NCBI GenBank assembly: GCA_964016885.1
Contig: OZ024746.1
Coordinates: forward strand, 90,768,001 to 90,832,000
Direction of reading: 5' to 3'
From: Eledone cirrhosa
Taxonomy: Eukaryota
Length of the DNA: 64,000 bases
Shown here: one piece after another, positions 1 to 12,893 of the stretch
How the letters are laid out: each line of letters opens with the position of its first letter
Position numbering within the stretch: the stretch's first letter is position 1
The notes under the pieces: generated by a model
Databases searched by the model: none
The model's input: only the letters and a program-made list of their open reading frames with translations
What the model was told of the DNA's origin: nothing
Position numbers and translations under genes: made by a program

Positions 1-115
1 TTGTTAATTCTAACCTTACTGACTGTTTCTTTATACATGGCTTGTATAGCTCTCACAAGCCATTCGTCAACACCTAGTTTTCTAAGAGACCACCAGATAA
101 TGGAACGGGGGGACT

Positions 116-350
116 CTGTATATATCTGTGTGTGTGTGTGTCTGTATATATATATATATATCTGTGTGTGTGTGTGTCTGTATATATATATATCTGTGTG
201 TGTGTGTGTCTGTATATATATATATATATCTGTGTGTGTGTGTGTCTGTATATATATATCTGTGTATGTGTGTGTGTCTGTATATATATATATATATCTG
301 TATGTGAGTGTGTGTCTGTATATATATATATATATCTGTGTGTGTGTGTG

Positions 351-387
<37 letters not shown>

Positions 388-614
388 GTGTGTGAGTGTG
401 TGTGTATATATATATATATATCTGTGTGTGTGTGTCTGAATATATATATATATATATATCTGTGTGAGTGTGTGTGTGTATATATATATATATATCTGTG
501 TGTGTGTGTGTGTCTGTATATATATATATATCTGTGTGTGTGTGTCTGTATATATATATATATCTGTGTGTGTGTGTGTGTCTGTATATATATATATATC
601 TGTGTGTGTGTGTG

Positions 615-645
<31 letters not shown>

Positions 646-983
646 CTGTGTGTGTGTGTGTCTGTATATATATATATATATCTGTGTGTGTGTGTGTTGT
701 GTGTGTGTCTGTATATATATATATATATATCTGTGTGTGTGTGTGTGTCTGTATATATATATATATCTATCTGTGTGTGTGTGTGTCTGTATATATATAT
801 ATATCTCTGTGTGTGTGTGTCTGTATATATATATATATCTGTGTGTGTGTGTGTCTGTATATATATATATATATATCTGTGTGTGTGTGTGTCTGTATAT
901 ATATATATATATCTGTGTGTGTGTGTGTGTCTGTATATATATATATATATATATATATCTGTGTGTGAGTGTGTGTGTGTCTG

Positions 984-1014
<31 letters not shown>

Positions 1015-1437
1015 CTGTGTGTGAGTGTGTGTGTGTCTGTATATATATATATATATATCTGTGTGTGTGTGTGTCTGTATATATATATATATCTGTGTGT
1101 GTGTCTGTATATATATATATATCTGTGTGTGTGTGTGTCTGTATATATATATATATATCTGTGTGTGTGTTGTGTGTGTGTCTGTATATATATATATATA
1201 TCTGTGTGTGTGTTGTGTGTGTGTCTGTATATATATATATATATCTGTGTGTGTGTGTGTGTCTGTATATATATATATATCTATCTGTGTGTGTGTCTGT
1301 ATATATATATATATCTCTGTGTGTGTGTGTCTGTATATATATATATATCTGTGTGTGTGTGTGTCTGTATATATATATATATATCTGTGTGTGTGTGTGT
1401 CTGTATATATATATATATATCTGTGTGTGTGTGTGTG

Positions 1438-1476
<39 letters not shown>

Positions 1477-1688
1477 GTGTGTGTGTGTCTGTATGTATAT
1501 ATATATATATATATATATCTGTGTGTGAGTGTGTGTGTGTCTATATATATATATGTGTGTGTGTCTGTATATATATATATATATATCTGTGTGTGTGTGT
1601 TGTGTGTGTGTCTGTATATATATTTATATATATCTGTGTGTGTGTGTGTCTGTATATATATATATATCTGTGTGTGAGTGTGTGTGTG

Positions 1689-1727
<39 letters not shown>

Positions 1728-2035
1728 GTGTGTGAGTGTGTGTGTGTCTATATATATATATCTGTGTGAGTGTGTGTCTGTATATATATATATATATCTG
1801 TGTGTGAGTGTGTGTGTGTCTATATATATATATATATATCTGTGTGTGTGTGTGTCTGTATATATATATATATATATCTGTATGTGTGTGTGTGTGTCTG
1901 TATATATATATATATATATCTGTGTGTGTGTGTGTCTGTATATATATATATATCTGTGGGTCTGTATATATATATATCTGTGTGTGTGTGTGTCTGTATA
2001 TATATATATATCTGTATGTGTGAGTGTGTGTGTGT
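116..2035. repeat. Compound microsatellite array of alternating (TG)n and (TA)n blocks joined by TCTG/TC
   Basis: Unit roughly tc(tg)5-8tctg(ta)6-12 repeated over about 1.9 kb. It explains the CV/YI ORFs here. Confidence 0.98.
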
Positions 2036-2798
2036 AATAAGTACACAGTCTCATAAATGATCAACACTGTTAATGTCAGTGTGAATATTGCTTTTGAAAC
2101 CATTTCTGGCTGTGAACAAAAAGTCAAGCTTTTCTAAAGCTGGACTACAGGAAGACTCTGCTGTCACCATGAAATGTCATTCTAAATTGTAAAGCCAAGT
2201 ATTTGAAGAAAACAGAATGGATTTAGCTGTATATTATTCATGATTAATGAGAATTCAGTGTTGAGAGCTTATTTTCTCTTGAGAGATAATGTCTTTACTT
2301 TTGTGAAGTAAAATCAAACTAAGCTTTAAATTCCTTGTAGAATATTTTTTTAGGTCAGTGGTCACAGAGAATGTGCAGGCCTGGTGGGAAGTATTGAACT
2401 AGTATGTCTGTACGAGAGTAACAGTGACAGTGAGTGTGTAATATCATCTCTATGTGCAAATGGAGTCTTTAGCAGTGATAGTGAGTCAAGGTTGTAATTG
2501 TTTAACCCCAGGCAGGCAGGCAGGCAGGCTCTGAGCAGCAGACTATATTATCAATGATCTTCAAGCCATAACTATTCTGCCTTTCGTTTTTTTTTTCTTT
2601 AGATTTAGTGTATATACACACACACATACACACACACACACACAGAGGCACACACATACACACACAGAGGCAAACACACACACACAGAAGCATACACAGA
2701 CACACAGAGGCACACACACGCACACAGAGGCATCCATACACACACAGACACACACTGACACACACACACACACAGACATGGAGACACACACTGACACA

Positions 2799-2847
<49 letters not shown>

Positions 2848-2850
2848 GAA

Positions 2851-2964
2851 AAAAGAGTCAGGACCCCAACGGCTGAGCTCCTGCCATTTCGACAGCTAGA
2901 TCTGAACTGTTCAGATCTAGCTCTCGAAATGGCAGGAGCTCAGCCGTCGGGTTCTGACTCTTTT
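2851..2964. repeat. Near-perfect palindrome (about 57-bp arms, 1-nt loop) containing the 3' half of a hammerhead-like motif
   Basis: aaaagagtcagg...gctagatctgaac-t-gttcagatctagc...ctgactctttt, centred at 2908. Confidence 0.9.
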
Positions 2965-3314
2965 CCTATTACCCACTCTACTACCCAAAGTATTGAGTAC
3001 TCTGGTGCGGTATGGTCCACCTGGTATCTTACCACACCTTCTTTGTTATATATATATATATATAAGTTGAGGAGGACTAGCATGGGTTTCACTGCTAGTA
3101 CCAGTTACATCTCAGCGTACTCAATAGGTAATGTTATGTAAACTCCCAGAGTAGACACATAGTTATTCGCTTCAATACAACACACGTAAATGGGTACTTC
3201 CACATATACCCGTACTCGAGTTTTGGCCACACTAAAGGCAGGAACAGAGTACACAGCATCCACTGTCTGCATTTATTATGCAATGAATGTAAGTATAGTA
3301 TATTTGGCAATATA

Positions 3315-3433
3315 CCGTATGTTTAATTAAAAACAGTTAGAAGACCATACACTATCAGTTTTAAAGTAGTGACTATGTCACTTACTTCTTTGATAGCATA
3401 TGGTCTTCTAAATGTTTTTAATTAAACATACGG
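3315..3433. mobile_element. Palindromic MITE, Tc1/mariner superfamily (Tc2/pogo-like ends)
   Basis: TA-ccgtatgtttaattaaaaaca...tgtttttaattaaacatacgg-TA: long TIRs and TA flanks. Confidence 0.75.
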
Positions 3434-3438
3434 TAAAT

Positions 3439-3850
3439 TGGAAATAGAAATGAGGAGGGCTTCAGAATCCTGGAATTCTGTGACGCAAATAGCCTAAATA
3501 TCTGTAACACAAACTTCAAAAAATGTGAAAACCACTTGATCACCTATAGATCAGGGGAACACGCCAGCCAGATAGATTATATCCTTACTAGAAGACGTGA
3601 CAAAATGTCTGTTGTAAACACTAAATCCCTCCCCCGTGAAGAATGCACCTCCCAACATAGCCTAGTAGTTAGTGATCTCATAGTCAGGAATAGACGTACT
3701 CAACGACAGAGGAGGCCTACCTTGAGGAGAAGAATATGGAAGTTGAAGGACCCCATAGCCAGTGACAAATTTAAAAGCTTATTACTTGATGCCTTTGACA
3801 ATAAGCAAGAGCAATTAGAGACGTGCAATATAGAGGAACAGTGGCAATTG
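3439..3850 (+). mobile_element. RTE-clade LINE fragment, C-terminal part of APE endonuclease
   Basis: Translates GNRNEEGFRILEFCDANSLNICNTNFKK...ITYRSGEHASQIDYIL...SQHSLVV, which are APE motifs. Confidence 0.88.
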
Positions 3851-3974
3851 TGAGGCAATTCACAAGGCCAGCAATTACCCAGTGCAATGAACGACAGACC
3901 CACGTCGAGATCAATTGTTGAGTCGATTTCGGCTGAGGCCTTCGGATGATGGTGATTAAGGTCTGGCAAAGAAT

Positions 3975-4546
3975 CACTCAAGCAGGAAATTCTTTTTTCC
4001 ATAAGATACGTGCATATAACAATGTGCTTACCTTAGCTTAAATTGGTTGCAAAGAGATTAAAGCACCAAGCAGTCATTGAAATGCCAATCTCTGAAAATG
4101 TGAATATTTTCCTACATGCTGACAAAGTAAAACCCACTGATTTCCATTGTCGCACATATAATCTTCTGAGATTACTGTTATTCAACCTGATACATTAGGT
4201 CTTTCGGATGTCATCATTGATAAAAGAGATGGTGCTCTTCAGAGGATTCATCAGTTGCACCGTTCTTATGATCCACTGCATTATGTGCTATTGTTTCCTT
4301 GGGGGAATGATGGGTTTCAGGTTGGTTTGAAAAGGATTTACCACAACCACACACTGACACCCACTGATTTCTACTGATATCGGTTTCAGATAAAGCAAGG
4401 TGACTGTAACATTATCATGAAGAGCAGGCGGCTGATGCAGCAATAGGCTGTAGATGGCCAGGCAAAAATAGAACATTGTTGCCTCAAATGGGCCCCACAA
4501 TGCTATTGATCAGGTAGTGTACTGTGAGATTCCTGATAAAGAGACC
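3975..4546 (+). mobile_element. Helitron RepHel relic (internally deleted, with stops)
   Basis: Manual translation gives FFHKIRAYNN, CRTYNL, LQRIHQLHRSYDPLHYVLLFPWGNDGF, YRFQIK...RRLMQQ*AVDGQAKIE and IDQVVYCEIPD. These match Helitron motifs such as YDPLQYPLLFPxG, GRLFQQYxVDxxAKIE and AEIPD. Confidence 0.88.
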
Positions 4547-4599
4547 AGTAGCAGTAGCAGCAGCAGCAGCAGCAGTGGTGGTAGCAGTAGCAGCAGTTA

Positions 4600-4638
<39 letters not shown>

Positions 4639-4671
4639 TGGTAGTAGTAGCAGCAGTTGCAGCAGCAGTTA

Positions 4672-4724
<53 letters not shown>
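4546..4724. repeat. (AGC)n/(AGT)n trinucleotide tract
   Basis: Direct inspection. It is the source of the poly-S/A/V ORFs. Confidence 0.95.
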
Positions 4725-4725
<1 letters not shown>

Positions 4726-5319
4726 AAATTCTTAGTGGGATATATATGATTACCAACATCCATTAATGTTGGAGGAAAATGTATAAATAATCCTGAAAAA
4801 TTAGGTATTAATTGATATTAATGTATAAATTGTGATAAACACTAATAGAATAGGACTCAGCAGGTTAGCAGCCATATTGAAATTACTGCAGATAAAACAA
4901 CTGTTTTACAGCGGCCATTTTCTCTGCTGAAGCTGAGCTTGCAGATTTCATGATAAATTTCTTCATTTTCCCCCTTTGTCAGCAAACCTAATCACCAAAC
5001 CCTACCCTTCGCTTTCTTCCCCTTATCTTCATTAGCTATGACTTTCTTGATACTACACTTCCCCTGCCACATTCCCTCTTCACTCACTTTCATCTTTTCC
5101 TCAACACATGATCCAGCCATCTTATTCCATTTCTTTTCACATTTCTCATCATTGGTTTTATTTCTATCATTCTCAGTCATTTATTGTTTGACTACCCGTG
5201 CCTCTCTCTCTCTTTCCCTATTTCAGAATAGCTACATTTTAACTGTGATGTAATACGAAGCAATGGAACAATGCCACAAAAGAAAGGACCTCCTGATGAG
5301 AATAATGGTTTCTGATTTA

Positions 5320-5905
5320 GGCTCACAGCTAATCATTTTTTTTGGGGGGGGGGGGGGGGGGTTAAAGTCGGTTAAACCGATCCCAGTTCGTTACTGGTAC
5401 TTTATTTTATCGAACCCCATAAGGATGAAAAGTAAATTTAACCTCGGCAGGATTTGAACTTAGAACATAAAGGGACATAACTCTATACCTGTAAGCTTGT
5501 TGTCTGGCACTAATAACTGTTTCTACTTTTGGCACAAGGCCAGCAATTACCCCAGTTTATTACTGGTGCTTTTATTTTATCGACCACGTAAGGATGAAAG
5601 GTAAAGTTAACCTCAGCGGGATTTGAACTCAGAACATAAAGGGCCTTAACTCTATGCGTCAAAGCATGGCGTCCGACCCTCTACCGATACTGCCAATCCA
5701 CCGCGCTTGTCTGGTACTAATAATAAAAATTTAAGTGAAACTGGTGCATGTTGACAGCATGGCACTCCCAAAGTTTAACAATATATTTAACATATTGATC
5801 CCATAAGAATGAAAGGTAAAGCTAACCTCGGCAGAATCTGAACTCAGAAAATAAAGGGACGTAACTCTATGCCACAAATCCTGTAGTTCCACCAATTACT
5901 GGCAA
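5320..5905 (-). mobile_element. Cluster of three tRNA-derived SINEs, family A (Nin/Deu-like central domain)
   Basis: Reverse strand has an A-box-like tggcagtatcggtag, B-box gagttcaaatcc and core gcctttcatccttacg...gtcgataaaat...gtacca. Confidence 0.85.
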
Positions 5906-6012
5906 TCTAGTACTGTTGAGGAGTGTAATAACATGAGAAAGATACCCAATGATAAAGCAATTCATACAAATCTTAAAAGATATATATTATTTAGAATTAA
6001 AATAAGAAAGAA

Positions 6013-6447
6013 TACGAAGGTCGTCTGAAAAGTTTATAGGCTGACCAAGATACTCTCATGGAATGACCAAATGAGGTTTATTTTTCAATATAGTCCCTAG
6101 AAAGATACAATGCTCTAACATAACTCCTTAATAGGCTGACCAAGATACTCTCATGGAATGACCAAATGAAGTTTACTTTTCAACATAGTCCCTAGAAAGA
6201 TACAATACTCTAACATAACTCCTTAATAGGCTGACCAAGATACTCTCATGGAATGACCAAATGAGATTTATTTTTCAACATAGTCCCTAGAAAGATACAA
6301 TACTCTAACATAACTCCTTAATAGGCTGACCAAGATACTCTCATGGAATGACCAAATGAGATTTATTTTTCAACATAGTCACTAGAAAGATACAATGCTC
6401 TAACATAACTCCTTAATAGTCAGCCTATGAACCAACCAACCCTCGTA
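6013..6447. mobile_element. Mariner-type MITE with 4 x 95-bp internal tandem expansion
   Basis: TA-cgaaggtcgtctgaaaagtttataggctgac ... gtcagcctatgaacc...ccctcg-TA. Units start at 6036, 6131, 6226 and 6321. Confidence 0.88.
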
Positions 6448-6594
6448 TAAAACGTGATTATATAAAAGAAATATATAAAAGAAATACATACCTTTCCTTT
6501 TCAAATTTACAGTGAGATTCATCTTAATTTGAGTAATAAGTTTTCAGATATCCTAAACTTTGTATGGAGGCCATGAAATGGCAAAGTTATTATA

Positions 6595-6810
6595 ATGATT
6601 TCTACTATCAGTACAAGGTTAGCAATTTCTTTGCGGGGAGAGGAAAGTCGATTAAATCAACGTCAGTGTATTACTGGTACTTTATTTTATCGACTCTGTA
6701 ATAATGAAAGGCAAAGTTAACCTCGGCGGGAATTGAACCCAGAACGTAAAGGGCCATAATTCTATGCTGCAAAGAATATTGTCTGACGTTCTACCGAGTC
6801 TACTGCCAAT
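6595..6810 (-). mobile_element. SINE family A
   Basis: Same core and B-box as the other copies. Confidence 0.8.
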
Positions 6811-8409
6811 AAATCTCCAGTTATAATGTCACATAGAATGCTTTGCAGTGTTTGGTCCTGTGGTCTGTGTACAAATTCTGCCAACACAATCTTTGCCTTT
6901 CATTCTTTTGAGGCCAATAAATAAAGTACCAATTTAATTCTGAGGTTGATTCTTTCTCTATATCACTTTTTCACTTCTCACTGGAAGAAATTGACTGTGT
7001 TCTGACTTGGAAAAGGATATGCTCTGCCAGGTTTAAATGCTGTGGCTCCTAAGATTCCATCAGAAATTAAGGCCCTGAAATAAAACATGTCAAAATAGTA
7101 AGATTAAAATAACTGGTTAGAATTGTTTCTGAGAAAGAAATGTTTAAAATATTCTTCAATCCTCTTCAGGAAAATGCAATGAGATTTGACACTTTATCTT
7201 TAAATTAAATGTATGTGAATTTCCCACAATTTCTGTCAATATTTCCTCTATACTGGACTATAAGTACATAACCAGTGATTGTTGTTTTCAATAAATCAAG
7301 ATTCCTTCAGCATTTCATCTGATGCATTTCAATTTATTGATCAGATATCCCGTATAGATTTGTTTTTACAATGGATCAATAAAATCTCCAATACTTGGCA
7401 ATCAGTTGAGTACATTGGTATAAGTAGAATATTAAATTGAATACTAATAACTTCACAGAAATACCCAACCAAAGCTATATCTTACATAACTTTCACCCTT
7501 TAATCACCACATTTCTAATGAAATACACTCTATTTTAATTAATTAATGAAGAATTTTGAAGGATTTACTAAAACTGTTAATTATTTCATTACTAAGATAG
7601 TAATTTAATGTAAGGTTATTATATAAAATTATGTTGGAAGATTTTAATTTAAATGGAAAACTTTCAGAATGGGTACTTTATTTCATAGAACCAGAACTGG
7701 CTTTGGTTGGGTTGGTAACTAAAAGTGGAGAGGAAATGGGTTTTACCAGGTTTAAAATACCTAAGAAATGCAGTGTGTCATTAAGTTGCTCCTACTACTT
7801 TACCAGGAATTACAGACCAAGGGACTGATACAGATACAGAGAGTAAAGTACAGTACTAACTGCTTTAATGAAGGAACTTGGTTGTTTGTAAGAAATGTCA
7901 AAATTGATGCTATTCCTCCACTCTCCTGCTGTTGTCACTTGACATAATTTTCCCCCATTGTCCATTTTCCAACCTATTACTTATGAAATGCATCTCTCTC
8001 TATATGATGACAACTACAATTCAACTCAAGTGACTTTGTATTAAAATAGTGGAAATTTTACAATAAGAAAATGTAACTATTTTTATATCCATATATATAT
8101 ATATATAATATATATATATTATATATTTATTTATTATATATATATATATTATTAAATATATAAATAAATAAATAAATAAATGCCATTGTTAATTAATAAA
8201 TAAATTAACTAATACCTTAACACTTCACACAAAGTAAAATATTTTGTTTCAAACATTTTCTAACCCAGAAAAAAGAGAAAAAAATAAAAGGAAAAAAAAA
8301 ATTTTTCTTCCTAATAATCATCTTTTTCTCCCTATTTTCATATATATACACATATATGTGTGTGTGTGTATGTGTGTATGTGTGTTTATATATATATATC
8401 TTTTTTTTT

Positions 8410-9390
8410 TTGAAAGTTAACTTGCTGAAGGCGACAGATGAAATCTGTGGCTGGAGCAGACCTATAGGCAGGAGGAGAGTAACTTGGTGGTGGAACAGTA
8501 AGGTGGAGGAGACAATCAAGGCCAAAAAGCAGGCTTGGAAAGTATGGCGGGATGGGGGAAGTAGAGAACATAATCAGGTGGCTAGGAGAGAAGCTAGGAG
8601 ACAAGTGTACTTTGCAAGAAGGGAAGCAGAGGATAGAAAGTTCAAGCATGTTTTACAATGCAAGGAGTAAAAACGTGAGGTGTTCAGGTTTACAACACAA
8701 TGTGTCAAGGAAAACCGTGATATTGTCGAGGAGAAGTGTGTCCGTAATGAGGATAGTGTACTTGCCTGCACTGATACTGATAAGAAGGTAGCATGGAAGT
8801 GTCACTTTGAGAGACTACTGAATGTGGAGAATGAATGGAATAAAGATAGTCTGCCCTATATCGATCCAATAGAAGGACCAGCTGTGCAAGTTAATGGTAG
8901 TATAATAAGTAAGGTAATCAAAGATATGAAGCCAGGCATGGCGGCTGGGCCTTCGGAGATAGCTGTTGAGATGTTGAAAGCATCTGGAATGGTGGGACAT
9001 ACTTTGGTCAACTGGATAGTAAACCAAGTAATACAGAATGGGATCATACCAAATGACTGGCGTAGCAGCATCATCGTTAACTGCTACAAGGAAAAAGGAG
9101 ACGCTCTAGATAGAGGAAACTATAGAGGCATTAAGTTAGTTGACCTGGTCATGAAGGTCACAGAAAGAGTTATTGCACAACTAATCAGAGACCAAATTGA
9201 TCTAGATGAAATGCAGTCTGGGTTTGTGCCAGGTAAAAGTACCACAGATGCTCTTTTCCTTGTATGGCATCTACAGAAGTACCTAGCTTTTGTTGACTTG
9301 GAGAAAACCTTTGTTGACAGAAGTACTTATCTTTTGTTGACTTGGAGAAAACCTTTGACAGAGTCCCCTGCTCCATTATCTGGTACACAG
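8410..9390 (+). mobile_element. RTE-clade LINE fragment (linker plus N-terminal RT), truncated
   Basis: TWWWNSKV, WKCHFERLLN, IPNDWRSSIIV, GNYRGIKL, QSGFVPGKSTTDA, LAFVDLEK(T)FDRVP. There is an approximately 44-bp internal duplication near 9277-9362. Confidence 0.92.
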
Positions 9391-9394
9391 GGTA

Positions 9395-12300
9395 CACAGC
9401 CTGGGCCCGCTCATCATTGTGCCACTGTAATAGAGCCAAACAAGGCATTTAATATTGGCTGTTGGAATGTACGGACACTGCTTGCCAGGGATTCCTCTGA
9501 ACATCCTGAACAAAGGACCGCTCTTGTTGCAAAGGTGCTTCGTCATTACGATCTTGACATCGTGGCTTTATCCGAGATGAGGTTAGCTGGAGATGGTCAT
9601 CTTACAGAATTTTGTGGAGAATATACATTCTTCTGGAAAGGAAGAGATGAAGGAACCAGAAGAGAGGCTGGGGTAGGATTTGCTGTTAAGACTGTACTTG
9701 TGGATAAATTAGAAGAATTCCCAGTGAGGATTAGTGAGTGTCTTATGTCCATGAGAATTCCGCTGGACAAAGGAAGATATACGACCCTGGTGAGTGTGTA
9801 TGCTCCAACTATGAATTCTGTCGATGAAGAAAAAGTGTCCTTTTACCATGCCTTGAAAGGTGTTTTAAGAAATATCCCTCAGGCAGACAAAGTCATCGTG
9901 CTTGGCGACTTTAATGCTAGAGTGGGTAGGGATTTTAACACATGGAATGTAAACGGAAGGCATGGGGTGGGAAAGTGTAACAACAATGGTATGCTCCTGC
10001 TGCAGATGTGTGAGGAGCTGGATCTGTGTGTTACCAACACCATGTTCCAGCAAATGAACAAATTTAAGACCACATGGATGCACCCTGCATCTAAAGAATG
10101 GCATCTTCTGGACTATCTCCTTATCAGGGTGTGTGATGGGATGTGCTGTGTGTTCATGCTCTTTGTGGAGCTGAGTGTTGGACAGACCACTGCCTGGTAC
10201 ATGCAAAAGTGAAACTAATCACTAAACGTAAAATCCGGGCTCCTGGTGTTACCCTGCCCAGGAGACTGAATGCTGCTCGTCTTAGAGATAATAACATGAA
10301 GAGGACATCCCTGGTGACACCGCTTCGCAGCAAGGATGGCAAGGAACTTCTTCGTGACTCATAAGGAATTCTACGAAGGTGTCAAGAGCACATTGATGAA
10401 CTTTTGAATCAACCGTCTGACGTCAGTGAAGATTTCCTCAATCTCATTCCTGAAAAACCTGTGAAAGTAGCTCTCGCAGAACCACTGACACTTGTGGAGG
10501 TTGCAGTAGCTATCTCGAAGCTGATCAGTGGAAGGTCTCCAGGTATGGATGGCATACATGCAGGGCTCTTACAATGTGGTGGTGAGAGACTTCTGCGACA
10601 TCTTCACTCTTTGTTTGGCAGGATATGGGCTAGCAAATCCATACCTGAGGACTGGAGCGATGCAGTAATGGTAGTCTTGTACAAGGGAAAGGGTAACAAC
10701 AATGATTGTGAAGACTACATTGCTTTCTGTCATAGGAAAAATTTATGTAGGGTGCTTCTGGACCGTCTGTTGACATACATTGAAGATTATGTTCTTCCTG
10801 AAAGTCAATCTGGTTTTCGTGCTGGACACGGCACTACTGATATGATCTTCTCAGCTAGACAGCTCCAGGAGAAGTGCATGGAACAAGGTTTGGATCTGTA
10901 TCAGGTTTTTGTTGATCTAACAAAAGCTTTCGATACTGTTAACAGAAATGCATTTTGGAAGGTTCTCCAGAAACTTGGTTGCCCCGATAAGTTCCTTGCT
11001 TTGGTTAGGTCTTTCCATGACGACATGAAGGCTTGGGTTAATGTCAGAGCCTATCTCAGTAAAAAAATGGAGTGAAACAGGGGAATATTCCAGCACCAAC
11101 CCTGTTTGCCATATACTTTGTAATGGTTTTCTATATTGCATTCAGGAATTGCGAGCATGGTGTTTACATCTACTATTGAACCTCTAGCAGCATATTTAAC
11201 ATCAGGCACTTTGCTGCAAAAACAAAAGTATTTACATCAATCATAAGAGACCTCTTGTATGCAGATGATTGTGATCTTGTAGCACACACAGTGATATGCA
11301 GTACATTTTGAATGCATTTTCTGATGCTTGCACTGCCTAGGATTGAGTGTCAGTCTCAAGAAAACCGTTGTCATGTACCAACCTGTCCCTGGTAAGCAGT
11401 ACAGTGAGCCAAATATCTATGTGTATGGTAAATGACTTGGAGTGGTTGATCAGTTTGTCTACCTGGAAAGCACTGTCAATCGATACAGCAATCTTGACAA
11501 TGAAATTCCACTCAGGATTAGGAAAGAAAATGTTGCTTTCGGAAAGCTAGAAAGGCACCTCGGAAAGCTAGAAAGGCAAGACATATGCAAGAAGACAAAG
11601 GTAAATGTGTACAAGGCATGTGTGCTCCCTTCTCTTCTTTATGCCTGCGAGACCTGGGTCACATATCAACACCACCTTGAACAATTGGAGCGTTGAGATT
11701 TTGGAAAGCTCTCTGTGTGAAAGCTCTCTGTGTGAAAGTATAGAAGCTCATGTGCTTAAGCAAATACTCCGATGGAGTGGTCACCTTGCCAGGATGAAGG
11801 ATTCTAGGATACCAAAACAACTCTTTTATGGAGAGCTAGTTAAAGGAAAACAACCTCCACATAAACCAAAAAAGAGGTATAAAGATTCATTGAAAGTCTC
11901 CTAGAAAGATGCTAACATCTCTGCTGATACTTGGGAAAGTGTAGCTGCTGATCGTAATAAATGGAGAGAGCTGCTTTTGAAGCATCTCGAATTGCATATG
12001 AGAAAGTAAAAAGGGATGTGAGGAAAGGCATTGCTATTGCATTTCCAGACGGCGAAGGTCCTCCTATGGCGCTGACATGCAACATCTGTGTGAGACTCTG
12101 CCTCAGCAAAGCTGGACTCGAATGTCATCTTCGCAGTCATAAAGTGAGACCACTGGTTGACTACCAGGCTGCTGTTGGAGATGCTACTCATCATGCCTGC
12201 CAAGCATGTGGTAGAGAATGTAAATCAGCAGGAGAGCTCAAACGACATGCAAAAGTACATGAAGACCAACCACAGCCGGCTACTGCCAGTGAATGTTTTG

Positions 12301-12415
12301 GTTGCCAACTCTGTGCAAAACAGTTTAGATCATTAGCTGGGCTAAAAAGCCACATTCGATCGCAGCACCGTTAATTGTTATTGTGTGTGTATATGTATGT
12401 GTGTGTGTGCGGGTT

Positions 12416-12452
<37 letters not shown>

Positions 12453-12560
12453 TTTCCTATTATTATTATTGTCGTTATTGTTATTATTATAGCGTTTCTT
12501 TTTCTTTTCTCGTGCAATAGCCATACTCGATAACGAGGGGGCAGCCATCATGTATGTATG
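9395..12560 (+). mobile_element. RTE-clade LINE, decayed ORF: APE + RT + three C-terminal C2H2 zinc fingers, then 3' UTR and (TGTA)n tail
   Basis: IGCWNVRTL, VALSE, GDFNARVG (APE); QSGFRAG, FVDLTKAFDTV, YADD at 11258-11269, LLYACETW, LRWSGHLARM (RT); CX2CX12HX3-4H three times before the stop at 12374. It has frameshifts and a linker deletion. Confidence 0.95.
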
Positions 12561-12702
12561 TATGTATAATAAAGCAAGAGGTAACATAAGGTTAAGTTAG
12601 GTTTCCGGCAATGTTATAGCAAATCTAGATTTCTATTTTCACTTTTAGAAAAACTTTGTGTAACATATTGGCTTTCAATAGTTTCCTCTCGACTCTGTTT
12701 AG

Positions 12703-12893
12703 AACTTGATATGATATCTAGTGAGATAATAAAACCATGCCCTATATGGACTTGATATGATATATCTAGTGAGATAAAGCCATGCCCTATATGGACTTGA
12801 TATGATATATCTAGTGAGATAACAATAAAGCCATGCCCTGTATAGACTTGATATGATATATCTAGTGAGATAAAGCCATGCCTTATATGGACT
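12703..12893. repeat. Minisatellite, about 45-51 bp unit, 4 copies
   Basis: acttgatatgatatatctagtgagataaagccatgccctatatgg repeated. Confidence 0.9.

Noticed and set aside
1-2127. Long ORFs of up to 558 aa
   Set aside because: These are translations of (TG)n/(TA)n repeats, which lack stop codons.
11961-12374. Host C2H2 zinc-finger gene
   Set aside because: It is continuous with the LINE RT and followed by the LINE 3' end, so it was annotated as part of the retrotransposon.
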